Part shown: piece after piece, positions 1 to 12,876 of the stretch | Position numbering within the stretch: the first letter of the stretch is position 1 | Layout: each line of letters opens with the position of its first letter | DNA from: Bugula neritina | Taxonomy: Eukaryota; Animalia; Bryozoa | Assembly: GCA_964035545.1 (NCBI GenBank) | Contig: OZ037768.1 | Span: forward strand, 11,688,741 to 11,752,740 | Reading direction: 5' to 3' | Length of the DNA: 64,000 bases | The notes under the pieces: generated by a model | What the model was told of the DNA's origin: nothing | The model's database searches: none | What the model saw: the letters and a program-made list of their open reading frames with translations, nothing else | Made by a program: the position numbers and the translations under genes

Positions 1-3000
1 TGAAGAGCCTTGCTATTTTGTGGTAACAAATGGATATTCTAATGCATTCTACCTAAAAGCTAGCTCTGATACAGAAAGGAATAAATGGGTCACTGCATTA
101 GAAAAGGCCAGAGCAAAAGTAACCGAAAATACAAATGGTGAGTTTTTATTACCAGTATATGTAAAAGCAGGAAGTAGTAGATAAGCATAGAATAAACTGT
201 GTCACACTACACATGGTGGTAGTGATTTTATGTTAGCAGAAACTAAATTAATTGAGATCCACGCTAATTGCTGTATTGTAATGTTATAGTAGATGGAGAT
301 AAAACGGGTGATTTGTTGATGACGTCCACATTTGACCCAACGGAGATAGAGGCTAGCGTCAAAACACTCAGCAGTAAGATTGAAGATCTCACAACTTGTA
401 ATACTCTTATAGTAAATCATGGCACACAGCTGCAGAGATCATTGGCTGAGTTAGATCAAATACAATCAGCCGAGGAGGCAACTTCAAAGATGAAAGCTAT
501 TAACGAGCAAACTACCCTCTTTCGCATAACTGTGAGCGCCATGATTAATGTGAGTGAACATCATTCTATCTCACTAGATGTGATTAGGTACGTTTGCTTT
601 TTTTCAACACCGAGCTAAAATTAGAAATTTATTCTATGTTTAAATTCATGCGAACAATTTGATTAATATAAAGTAACAAGTATGCTCGAACTGTTATAAA
701 TTGGATAACTCTAATTTATAACATTTGTATTTTGTTTTGTTTTAGGCTTGCAAAGACCATTTAGACTTTGTAACCTCTCAGCACCAGAATTGGCACAGCA
801 CCCTCAAACGTGAGCACGACGAAAGGTTAGCCCTACAGTCTATGGTGGAAGATTTAGCCAAGCAGCACAGTTCTCTGGAACACAGGGCTAGGTCTTTAGT
901 GAAGTCACCTGATACTGAAAGTAATAACCACCAAATCTCAAGAAGTACAGGTAGTTTTTAAAGCTATAAGGTAACACGTAAATGTTTAGTAAAATTGTCC
1001 CTCGTACAATGAAATATATTTGTTTCATTTTTTAAAGATTGGTTAATGTGCTCTACATTCTACATAGTTGGCTGTATCTTATCTAGAAGATTTGTCTTGT
1101 ACTCAATTTATACATGCTGCACATAGTATTATGTAATAATACAATTCTTTATTTCTACACAGCATCAAGCAGTGACGAAGAAGATGTTTTTCAAGATGCT
1201 GCCGACCAGTTTACTGTCGTCGTTTCTTCGGACATTGAATCAGACATAAAGTTTGTACACTGGCATCTCATCTATTGCGTTTCATGAGATAGAAGTAGTA
1301 GCAACCACGGTGATCTCTATTAATAAGCTAATGGAATTGTATCGTATGATGGTAACAGCTGATGTGTAGACTATGTACCTACTGATAAGGCTCTAGGCTC
1401 TAACCACACTGATAATTAATCAATACGGCAGTTTTTATTTGTTGTCTGATAAAAATACTATTTGTTTGTAGCGTATCTTCAAATAACCATTTAAAGCTTC
1501 CAAGTCAAGACAAGAGTGGTGAGACGCCTAAAGACTATATAACCCAAACGGTTAGCTGATATTTTAATACTAATAACTTTTTAGTCGAATGTTAATTGCC
1601 CTGTGCGTGGTTACATGAAAGAAATGATATTTTGCTGTTTTAATCATTATCAGCAGCAGGTGTACATTTAAGCACTGTATGTGTATGCCAGACAGTATCA
1701 CATGCTATACTCACTCTACTTACACTAACGCTATCTTATTCAAAATTGCATAATTTGAGTTCGCTGTTTTCAATATTAAAACAAAATATTATAGTAAATA
1801 ATGCAACCTAGATTTGGACTTTTGGCTCTTTTAATTTTAGACACTAAATATTGTGTTGTGTTGGAAAATGGATTAATAAATTATGGCACATTCATATATT
1901 TTCTGTTTATTCTCACTTATTTCCGCTTTGTCCTGTTCGGGTAGCGGGATATATTTTCTGTTCATTCACAACTGGAAATGGTTTGAAACATTATTGAGAC
2001 TTTATAAATATTTGCAGTTCAAATTAAATATGCAACACTTTATAGCTATTGTTTTAAATATTTCTGTGTGTTGTAGTCGAATGAGTCAACTAAGCATGTT
2101 AAGAGAGTTAGGCGTAGGACTATACCTGAAAGACCAAAATATGGCCTTACAAATCTGTGGGGTCTTTTAAAGAACTGCGTTGGAAAAGATCTCACCAAAA
2201 TTCCGATGCCGGTAAATATTTGGTTTATAAAGGTTCGCTGTAATTGTAAAGTGACTCAACTTGTATTTTTAATAAAAAAAAACTTTTTATTTCAGAATTT
2301 TTACAGCAGTATAAGTATTGCTCGTTAAGTGGTAAGGTAGGTCATAATTTAGAATAAGTGTTCCTTAATATGTGGGTTATGGTATTGTTTGTCACTACTA
2401 GAATAAATTTCTCTTGTGCCTAGTTTTCTTATCCATGTTTCACCCAAGTGTATCTCCATTTGTGCTTCTCTTCCTTAAACCTGTAGGTGTTGCTATTCTC
2501 ACATGGTTTTGGTGTTAACAAAATACACATAGAGTAAGTTGCTTCTAGCAATGGAATATATCAATAACCAAAATAATCTTTTTAGATTGACCTTTCACTG
2601 AAACTAGCGCATCACAAGATTTGGTATCTCTAGCTTTTATATGTTATTAAATACACACAGTTTAAATACAAATTTATTCTAATTCTAAAGTGATTAGTAA
2701 AAGAGCCTTTAATATAATGAAACACAAAACATATGTAAGAGATTATTGGAATATTATTTCATGTTATTTACATTTTCTTCTAACACACTCTAATGCCTCG
2801 TTCACACATGCAATGAATACATGTATAGGTTGTTCACCTTTTGCATTAATTTGTACCTTTTGTTCACTTGACACTAAAATGAAAATATGCTGAATGTTGT
2901 AAGTTTGCAATTCAATTTTAAGACTGTTTCCTTGTTTAGCCTGTGCTGCCAGAGATGTGACACCAAAGTAGTTAATCAGAGAGCGTGGTTAGACTTAGTT

Positions 3001-5975
3001 TGAGCCTTGATGGAATTTTGTCTAAAGAATGTTCAATGAAGGCCACTCAGTACTATTTGTCCAGTGAATAAAGCATAGCAGCTGTTGATTTCTGTGTAGG
3101 TTATGTTAAATGAACCGCTGTCCTTCCTGCAAAGATTTGCTGAAGACTTTGAGTATTCCTATTGTTTGGATAACGCTGCCAAGTGTGACCAGTGGGAGCA
3201 GATGTGTTGGGTGGCAGTTTTTGCCATATCCTCATATTGCTACACGAGTACAAGAAAGTCGTGTAAACCCTTCAACCCTCTCCTAGGGGAAACCTTTGAG
3301 TTTGACCGAAGAGATGACTTGGGATGGAGACTCTGTAGTGAACAGGTAGCGTTATGTTTTGTAATGTGCAGATACCTTTATAAGCTAGTGCTCTGTAAGC
3401 ACTATTAAGCAAAATGGTATTTAAGTTTTGAATGATGTCTGGTCCAAGATTCTGATGTTTGTATAGGCTCTCTTACTTAATTATTTTCTGTATGATAAAT
3501 TGAAGAAAAAGTTAGTTTGCAACAGCTAGTGTTTTACTTACACCGGAAATCATTTGTAATTTAGATTTACTCACTTAGTTTTTAGTTTTATTATTGCCTT
3601 TCGATTTTGACTAAATATGTGTTTTACATATATTGTAGTTTTATATAATTGGGTCATATATCACATAATTGCGTATATATATATTACTTATTTTATCGGA
3701 GTTTATTTTTCAATGAAATTGATTATTTTTAAAATAACCTTGGCTGTTAAGTTTTCTGAATGGCTAATTCTAGCCTCAATATGTTTTAATGGTTTGTAAA
3801 ACATCATAAAACACTTTCTCTTTGAAAGGTAAGCCATCATCCACCAACTTGTGCTAGCCATGTCACCGGGAATGCAGGCTGGGCTATTGACCAAGAAACC
3901 ACACTGACCAGCAAATTTAGAGGGAAATATCTTCAAATTGATCCCATAAGTAAGTAATTTAGCAATGTTACTATGGAATAGTTTATATTACATGTAGTTA
4001 TGTGGTATTTTGTCTTACATCAGTATTTTCATACTGTACTTCTTGAAAACTATACTTGCATTATGTATATTTTGTATACAGGCATTGTTCACTGCAAGTT
4101 TGATGGAAGTGGTAACCACTACACGTGGGGAAAAGTCACAACCACAGTACATAACATCATAGTCGGCAGGTTGTGGGTTGACAATCACGGTGATATAGAC
4201 ATTGTGAATCATAAAACAGGAGATAAATGTCATTTGAAGTTTTCAGCATATAGCTACTTTAGTAACGACATACCCAGAAAGGTAAGTTATGGTTCTATTT
4301 ATTTATAACCGTAATAAATAGTTACAAGGTACACACGTTTAAACATTAATTTAAAAAATTATGATTTTGTATAAATTTATTATGGCTTTATTGAACAGGT
4401 GACAGGTGTGGTGACAGATAAGCAAGGTACTGCAAGGTGGGTGTTGAGAGGCACTTGGGATAGTCAGATGGAAGCTGCCAAAGTTCTTGGTACTTCACAA
4501 CATGGCAGCAAACCCGTATTTGAAACTGGAGAATATAAAGTAATTTGGGAAAAGAAGCCACCACCGTAAGTGGAGACTGTACCTGTGGTCATCTCTATTT
4601 GTCGACAATATTTAGTGGCCGCAGCTCTGTTAAACTTTGTGTATTTATATTCTACTGCTTAAAAGTTACTTTACTGTTTGAGAAGCTGTTTTGTATAAGA
4701 GGTTTTGCCTTCTGTAAAATAGAACGTTTACTGTCTTCTTCGAGACTTGCATTGTATAAAGTTCTTAGCTTGGGAAAATCTAGCAGCATAAAGCTATGTG
4801 TCTAGCAAAATCTTGACAAATTGTGCATTTGTTTATTTTCGTCAACAACAGTTTCTGTTTTAAATTAATCATTTTTTTTTATAAAAGTAACTTTTAGTTT
4901 GCTGTGTGAAAAGTGATAGCACTTTGTCAGTAGTATCATGTCTGTTTATTGGGGAGGACAACTTCTGTTTTCTCAAGTCAACCATAGATTACAAACTTGG
5001 CTGAAAGTTGAGGCTGTTGAATCTGTTACTGTGTACATTTTCGTATAATGTTGCAGCCCCCATTTAGATAAGTGCTATAATATGATTCAACTGAGTGTGG
5101 AGATGAATGAGCCAGAAGATGGGGTGGCTCCCACAGACTCTCGTCACAGACCTGACCAAAGACTCATGGAAAACACACTATGGGATGAGGCTAACAAAGA
5201 GAAGTTGAGATTAGAGGAGAAACAGAGAGAATTGAGGAGACTGAGAGAAAAAAAGGCGGAGCTTGCTGCTGCTGAAGGTCAGTTAAATATTAGTTATTAG
5301 TTCTTGTCTTACTTCTTCAGTATAAGTTTGTAGTGTATAGCATTCAAATGTATAGCATATAAGAATGTAGTGTACAGTGTATAAGTGTATAGTTTAATAA
5401 ATTAATATACTTACTTATTTGTCTTCCTCTATTCTACACACCAAAGCTTACAGAAAGAAATAGAGACATCATTGCGTAATGTAATTTTGCTTGCATGTTT
5501 AATGTTTCAAAAGTCTTTCAACACATTTCAGCATTATAAAACTTGGATCTTGCTAATGTCATCCAATGTAGTGTTATGTATGCTGTCTATAGAATTATAT
5601 TCTATAATGTAGCAACAAATAGGATAAAACAGAGTATTATGTCGTGAAACGGATTCTTCTGTTCACTTCCTCTTACCCAGTAGATTCAGAGAAATTCAAG
5701 CTCTCTATTGACTTGTTTTGAAAATTGCAAATATGACTTTGAAGAACCAGCAAAACCCAGGCACTTGTTGCAAAATATTCATACAAACGGGCATATGCTT
5801 TTTTACATTTTATTTCATTTCATATCTTACAGGTAAAAGTTTTCCTGAATACCAACCTTCGTGGTTCAAAAAGACGAAGGATCCCATCACTGGTAACCTG
5901 ACACACATGTTTACTCATGAATACTGGGATTGTAAGGATAAACAAGACTTTAGTCGTTGTCCTGATATATTCTGA
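1..5975 (+). CDS. OSBP: Oxysterol-binding protein paralog A (multi-exon; 5' end outside window)
   Basis: Approximate exons <1-137, 292-549, 746-950, 1162-1251, 2077-2211, 3101-3345, 3829-3949, 4082-4281, 4400-4565, 5057-5277, 5833-5975. They encode the PH-domain end (KASSDTERNKWVTALEKA), a FFAT-like [30 protein letters not shown], the OSBP signature [33 protein letters not shown] and C-terminal CPDIF*. AATAAA at ~6046. Confidence 0.95.
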
Positions 5976-7189
5976 CATGGTGGAATATGATGGGTGATAA
6001 TTTAGAAGCTGTTTTCTACAAAGACATTTCTGACACACAAACTGCAATAAACTAAAACGTTGGATACAAAAGACAAAATTTCTGCGATTCTGTCTGGACA
6101 CTTTGCTCACGTTCCTAGTTCTGCCATTCTGTTGTATCATGTTTCTGCTATGCTCAAAGTTTTATGTACATCAGGTATTAACCTCATTTTAGTCTTGGTT
6201 CCATAAACAATCGACTAAAATGTAGGTTGAGATTCATTTAATGAGCTTCTTTGTATGTTTTATAGTATTTTTCAAATCAAAGCTACTTTTCGTTTTGCTC
6301 TTCCCTCAACTTTCCTAAGCTACAATCAGTGTGATGTTTTATTTTATTAAGCAAGTAGTATTTAGTTGAACAATTATTTTATTATTGCTAATGTATTTTT
6401 AACCTTCTAGGTTGCTAGCATAATGCTGAATGTTTTTTATTTTTGTAAAAAGCTTAAATATTATGTGTTTATCTGCAGTTTTCTGTTGAGGTCGAATTTA
6501 TCACTGTGTACAAAATTTGCCTTGCATAATATAGTATTTTATATATGAACACATGCTATAAATAATTGTTAAATTGTTAGTCAGGTCACACGTTGAGGTG
6601 CTCAATCCGAAATAATGTTAAAAGCCAAAATATTGGTGTGCTGCTCAGAATTTTACCTCAATTATGGAGTTATCTACACAATAAAAGTGACTGGTTTTAC
6701 CTACATACCATATCAACCCATTACACATCTAGATGGATGCTTTTTACTAATACATACAATTGACAAAATGGTTTGTTTTTAACAAAATCATTGATTTTGT
6801 TCAAGTGATGCAAGTTTTTTCAAAATGTTTTAAATAAAAAACTCCCTATATCAATAACGCTGTACGTATGGAACTATAAAAGTCGTACTGAAATTGGTTT
6901 AAAGGTTTTCTTTTCTTGCATTAGGTGTTTAATTTTCAACCTACAGTGTTTTATTTTTAACTCCTGCCTAGTTCTACTACGGCTATCAAACTACTACAGT
7001 AGTACACAATATAACAATGAATAATTGTCAAACCCATGTATGTACTACTTTTAATGTGCTGCAATATCACTATTTCTATATACAATAATTGAATTTGTAA
7101 TGAAGAAAAAATTCCAAAATAACTCAGCACTTTGGACTTGTAAAAAACTGACAAAAAAGTAATAATCAGTAATTGTCATCTCTACATTA

Positions 7190-10100
7190 TCACAAGTTTC
7201 CTTGTTTGTCTTTCTTTGCCTTCCTTTGTTTTTTTCGCTGATACAAATCTATTTTTCGCTGTACTCTAGTTGACCTGTTGTTTACACTCACTTCCTTGTG
7301 AATTGCTTCCACTACATTTTCAGCAAACTTTCCTTCAATATTTCCTCCAGGATAGTAGTTGGCAACCACCACTGTCTTGACAAACCCTGTCGCATCACTT
7401 GGCTCATACTCTGCATATGCTATTCCAAAAAACTTTGTAGCTTTCCATATAAGCTGGGTGAACTGTGCTTCATGAAAGAAATATTTAAATTTGTAAAGAA
7501 GTCAACTTACACTGAACTAGTTATTGTTGGAAGGCTATAAAATTAAGAGTTGTTTACTTCCATTGTAGATTAACTTTGTATTAGTTGTCTTACTTCTATT
7601 AAATTGAAGACAACTTTTATTTAAATATTTTCTTGCTTTAATTGCAAGGACTAAAAACGTTAGTTATATTTCAAAATATTGTTTGTGTAAGTCTGTAAGA
7701 GCTAATTTGTTATGAAAGTAAATATTTTAAATCTGAAATGAGGCTGAAACTTGTAACAAAATGTGCATAATAATATAATGTGATCAAGTTGAAAGGAATA
7801 TACAAGAAACCTTAGATATATCTAACATGCTAGTTCAAACATATACAAAAGAGTAACTTTCTAGTGTCATACATTAAGACTACTACAAAAAAGATATATG
7901 TAATTTGTTAGAAGAAAATCTATAACGAATCATAAATAATGTAAACGTAAACATACCACATTCTGGATCAAATTCAGTTTTCTTGAAGTTGTATTCTTTT
8001 CCCTCATCATACCAAATCAGAGTAACTTCCTCTCCACTGGGTCTCTTGTACTCATCATGCCAGAGTATAGATTCAGCTAGGTTTTCACCACAGTATCCCC
8101 TGAATGAGATAATCACAATATCCAGATGTGTTTTTATAAGCTCTATGATTAAGACTGTTTAGGCGTGGTGTAAAAACTGAGAAAAATATTGTTAGCAAAT
8201 TAATTTATTTAGAAAGCAACGTTTTTTTTTTAAAGTTTAGTGTTACGAAAAATTTTACTAGTTTTATGTTGCACTTCAACCAATTTATTTTAAAAACATT
8301 TTGCAATAAGCAAGTACTGCGGAAATTAGAGCTTGAAAAATTGTGCTAAATTTACAAAGTTTAGAATAGAACATACTGTTATGATTATACTTGGGTACAA
8401 GTTTTGATGTGATATAGTAAAGTTAGTCATAAACTAAAGATTTAGTCTCTTTATCTTCGCTGTTTTCTATTTGTACTGTTAATATTTCTATTAGCTTGAA
8501 AATATTTGCATGTTGAAATGCTGGTTGGCAGAATCAAAATTTAAATTGTCCATGCTGTTGAACAGACTTTCTTTCAGATAGCATTATATATTACATTATC
8601 ATACTATTATAATATATACTACATTAAATTATAGGGTACTATATAATATTCTCTGTATTACATTGTTATACTATAATATTTTATATTACACTGTTATACT
8701 ATAATATTATATACAAGATTAGAGAAGGTCGATGAGTAGTCTATAGTGTATTTTCTACTCAATAAAAATACTTTAATATTTGTAGTGCGTATAGTATTTC
8801 TCAGTGAACATTTAGTACATGTAATTTTTTAGGATAACAAATTATTTTTAAAAAGCTATTGTCTCATAAAAGCTCAACCTAATTTTGATTAAATGCATTA
8901 AATTATTCTGCAGCTGATTATTATTTTCTTTTAAACATATTATTATTCCGTGCAGGTAGTTTCATAGCTGCAGATAAGTTGTACTGGTTATAATTTCTAT
9001 TTCAGCATATGGCAGGTAACTGTAGCATATGCAAAGCCCAATTGTAGGCACAGTTCATCATAAACAGATTTCTAGAATTTTTTCCTGCTAGTTTGAGTTG
9101 CATTTTTGAACTGATAGAGATTTGGTTGGAAAAGGAAACATAATATTATTCAGACTCATCTTGCAACTTTTATAACAAAAGTATAAATATAATAGATAAA
9201 GGTGGAATTGTTCTATAAGCAGCTCCGAGTTGGGGGTGACTAAGTGTAGTAATTAGAGATTTTTGAGCTTGAAGCTAGAGGTTCCAACCTGAACCTCCGA
9301 CTTCAACTTTGAGAACCCGAACTACTGGACTCAGTCACCCCCAACTAGGAGCTGCTGGTAGAACAATTTATGAAGTTAAGCTCAAGCCCAACTAATATTT
9401 ATGCAAACTAGGCAAGACACGAAGCCAAGTGTATAAACTGCTATAAATGCATGCAAATAACTGCTACTTGATAATAGCTGTTATCAGTAAGATTATGTCT
9501 GTAGGTTGTTGGCAAATGGAAATCTGCAACAAATAAAATGTTGCATTAGCTGAGGCAATTTTTTTCCAAACAGCCTGGGTTCTAAGCTACAACTATTGAA
9601 TATATGAAATGCTGCCTATGCACTAATAGAAACAGTTGTATTTTAAACTCAAATATTGAAGACTTAGGCTATAAACAAGATAACATACTATTTGTACATA
9701 AGCGTTGACTCGGTCATATACTGCATACAATGTTATCTTCTGCCTGGTTTGAGATAAGATATTAAGTGCCCAGAACTGACCATCTACGATATAGTACACT
9801 ATAGGCTACAGTGTATTATACGCTGCTTAATACACTGTATCAAACACATTCAGGTGTAGCAAAAAATACCTATCCATAGCCAAAGACTCTAATTTCATAA
9901 AATTTGGTTGATTGAAAATTTCACAAGTACATAGTTTCGTTTGCAGGGGAGAAAAAAGTTTTTTGATCTGTAACACAGGCTTTTCCAATTTAATTCTTTA
10001 TTACTTTGACACACACTAGACTGCAAGGGGTCAGTAATTTAAGCCTCAAAGGTTATATACTGTCAAAGGTCAAAGGTTGACCTAAATACATTTTTCTAGG

Positions 10101-12876
10101 AAACTTTTCTTATTTCATATATAGTCATAGTTGAAGGTTAGTTTATCTTGCTCAAAAAACCAACAGTTTTGACCACATATTTTATTTGTCATAGTTGTAA
10201 ATGACCAAAACACCAGACAGAGTTAACTCAAAATCTGCTTGATCTATTTATTACCTTAGCGACTTAGCATCAATCCTGGATAACTCTAAATCATTAGTTC
10301 AAGTACAGTGATGCTATACAATACATCAAATGTAAGTTTATGTTTATTTCTAGCTAATAAATTTTTATGCAGTTTAAAGCAACTTTCTATATTAATATTT
10401 GCAACACACATGTAAAACTTTCTCACTGTAATTTCAAGTAATCAAATTTCGTTAGAAGCCTTTCTTAACGCTTGCCGATATGCTTAATCTCTTAAAGGAT
10501 TGCTCTATCTTAGTTTATTACAATCACATTATAATTATGAACTATAATCTAATGTGTATGCAAACAATTGTGACTTTGCAAAAGGATATATGCCTAGAAA
10601 ACAGCTTTTCAAAATTCCAATTTTGAGGGAGGTAAAATTTTCAGCCATGAAAAAGAATAGCCTAATACGTGACGTGTGAACGCCAGTAACTATGCTGCAC
10701 GTGCTAACTATAACGCTAGTATTCAAGGTTGCTGAGCGCAACATCAACCAATAACGCTCAAGCAGTTACAGTGCGCTATATAGGTCAGCTTTGGTGCGCC
10801 CGTAATATTGCACAATCTGACCTAGTTTAGATCGATCGCAGGCATTCATCCTAAAGAATGCATGTTTTTGCAATGCTTTTTTCTATGCTTACAAGCAAAA
10901 TATGGCCTAATGTTATCACATACATGTTATTTAACATGTCAAAAAACTATAGATTGAGATAATTCACATTTGCACTTCTATAAATATACAAATTATGAGC
11001 TGAAAGATCACATCTCACAGTCATACTTCTATAGTTATTCATTTGTATAGTCACGTGACCAGCAGGAATGCTGGCGCTGTTACGTCACATTTCCCAGCTC
11101 ATTTCAAAATCGGCGTTTTGGCTGTTACCAATCTACACCCTCAACTTCAACTAACTTTTTCTACCTTTGGTCAAATGCTTTTTGTCAATGCATGCTTAGA
11201 AAAACACAATATTATGTGTGTTTGACCTAAATGGCCATTTATTAGACAAGATAGAGCAATCCTTTAAGCTAGCTGAGATAACACAGCAAAGGTTATCACG
11301 TGGTCATCAGTTTAAGCAGCTTTGTTGTATGTGCAGAAGGTTAGGTCATCTTGATAATATGTGGCTAGTAATTTGAAAACTGTAAACAACTGTGATGATG
11401 GGGTAAAAAGGTGAAATAGACTATCTATACTCTAAATCTATTATCTATATACTCTGTAGGCTGTTATAGGAAGTACAAATGAACTAAATTATTATACTAA
11501 CAATCAAATAGCTCTTCCTGCTAGCTTGTATTGATAACCACAAAATATATGAGTACTGTGTTCAAATGTTACTTTATCATAGTGTAACATTACTTATTAC
11601 ACATGTCTGATCTTTTGGCTAGACATTTTAACAAAATAGATCCCTGACTATATTAATGTATTATATATACACATGATGCATCCGAATTTGTTAGAGACTA
11701 TGAAACTAATACAATGTATTTCACAAAACTCGTTTAATAGGACTGTGAAAGCCTGCCTATTACTTCAGGCATTTGCATTTTTCTAAACGAAAAAGTACGT
11801 TTATTTTTTAGTTACCTCTTTACTTTCAGCCAACTGTAAAACATATAATATTATAATAATACATTTGAATGAAATTAATTTCAACACACTCACTCTGCAT
11901 GTCTCCGGTCTTCTTTATCACTGTGCTCAAATATTTCATTGTCAGCTAAAAACTTAGCCTGAGAATGAGCCATCTTACAGAGGCGGAGGTTTAGGGCTAC
12001 TGGCTGAGAACCATGCTTCTGCCTTAATCTGTTGTGGGCATTCAATGCTCCCAGTGTAAAGCTACATTTAAAAAAGCATGGTATGAAAAAAACATATTTT
12101 AAAGTTGGCAAAACTTATTATTATAAATAAACTTGGCCAAAATGTTATATGATTTGTGTGTATATGCAGCCAAATAACATTTTATTTATAAACATGTTTC
12201 ACAAAAAATATGAAGAAGGTTTTTTTGTAATGCTAAACATGAAATCCCAGATTGTATTTTTATGATTTGCAATTTCGATAAAGAAGCTGTTTTGATCCAA
12301 TATCAAGTAAAAAAATCAAATTACTAATATATGCTACTATTTTGTTTCAGTTCTTTAAGTAATTAAAATCACAATATTGATAATGTTTTGATAAATATGC
12401 CACGGCAGCTTTATTTAGACCGGCTCTATTCTAACTGGCAGATAGTTTTTGGAATAAGCTGCAAGTCTTAAGCTGTTGGAACAAGTGAGATGCACATGTT
12501 TTTCTTAGTCATTCAAGTTGTAAATAATTTCAGATCCCAAAAATATTTTAAAGCTGCTAAACTTCTGTAACTGTTGGGTTTACATTTGAACAATAAATCA
12601 ATTGACAAAAATTTTGAAAATGGTTTTGTGCTGTTGCCAACTAGTCTACATGCTAAGATATGCCAAGAATGTTGAACTTAAGAATTAAGTCAACTGGGAA
12701 TTACGTAATCACAGTTACAGCAAATAAACATAAACTAAAATTAACCTTGACCATTGATCACGCCGTGTACTTTGAGACATACGGTAATATCGAGTGATAA
12801 AGCAGCATTTTTCATATTCATTTTTATAAATGGTGTCCATTTCATCGAATAATGCTCTAGAATCGTTGGCTCCCAT
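7190..12876 (-). CDS. GAPR-1/GLIPR2-like CAP (SCP/PR-1) domain protein, 4 coding exons
   Basis: Exons 12876-12746, 12061-11894, ~8099-7958 and 7467-7190, with GT-AG boundaries in compatible phases. Protein: MGANDS (MGxxxS myristoylation-type start), ALNAHNRLRQKHG, FEHS, GENLA, WYDE, FTQLIWK, VVANYYPGGN, ENV. Confidence 0.88.
9206..9368. repeat. Short hairpin-type interspersed repeat (~45-bp imperfect inverted arms)
   Basis: AATTGTTCTATAAGCAGCTCCGAGTTGGGGGTGACT at 9206 is mirrored by AGTCACCCCCAACTAGGAGCTGCTGGTAGAACAATT ending at 9368. A related copy is at 61577..61716. Confidence 0.65.
10496..11263. mobile_element. Non-autonomous TTAA-specific DNA transposon (Kolobok-like MITE), copy 1
   Basis: TTAA|AGGATTGCTCTATCTT ... 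AAGATAGAGCAATCCT|TTAA, 768 bp, with RR..YY termini and TTAA TSD. A highly similar copy is at 57176..57944. Lies in a CAP-gene intron. Confidence 0.85.

Noticed and set aside
10535-11225. 70-aa and 60-aa ORFs conserved at 57215..57906
   Set aside because: The conservation reflects two copies of one MITE; there are no transposase motifs.
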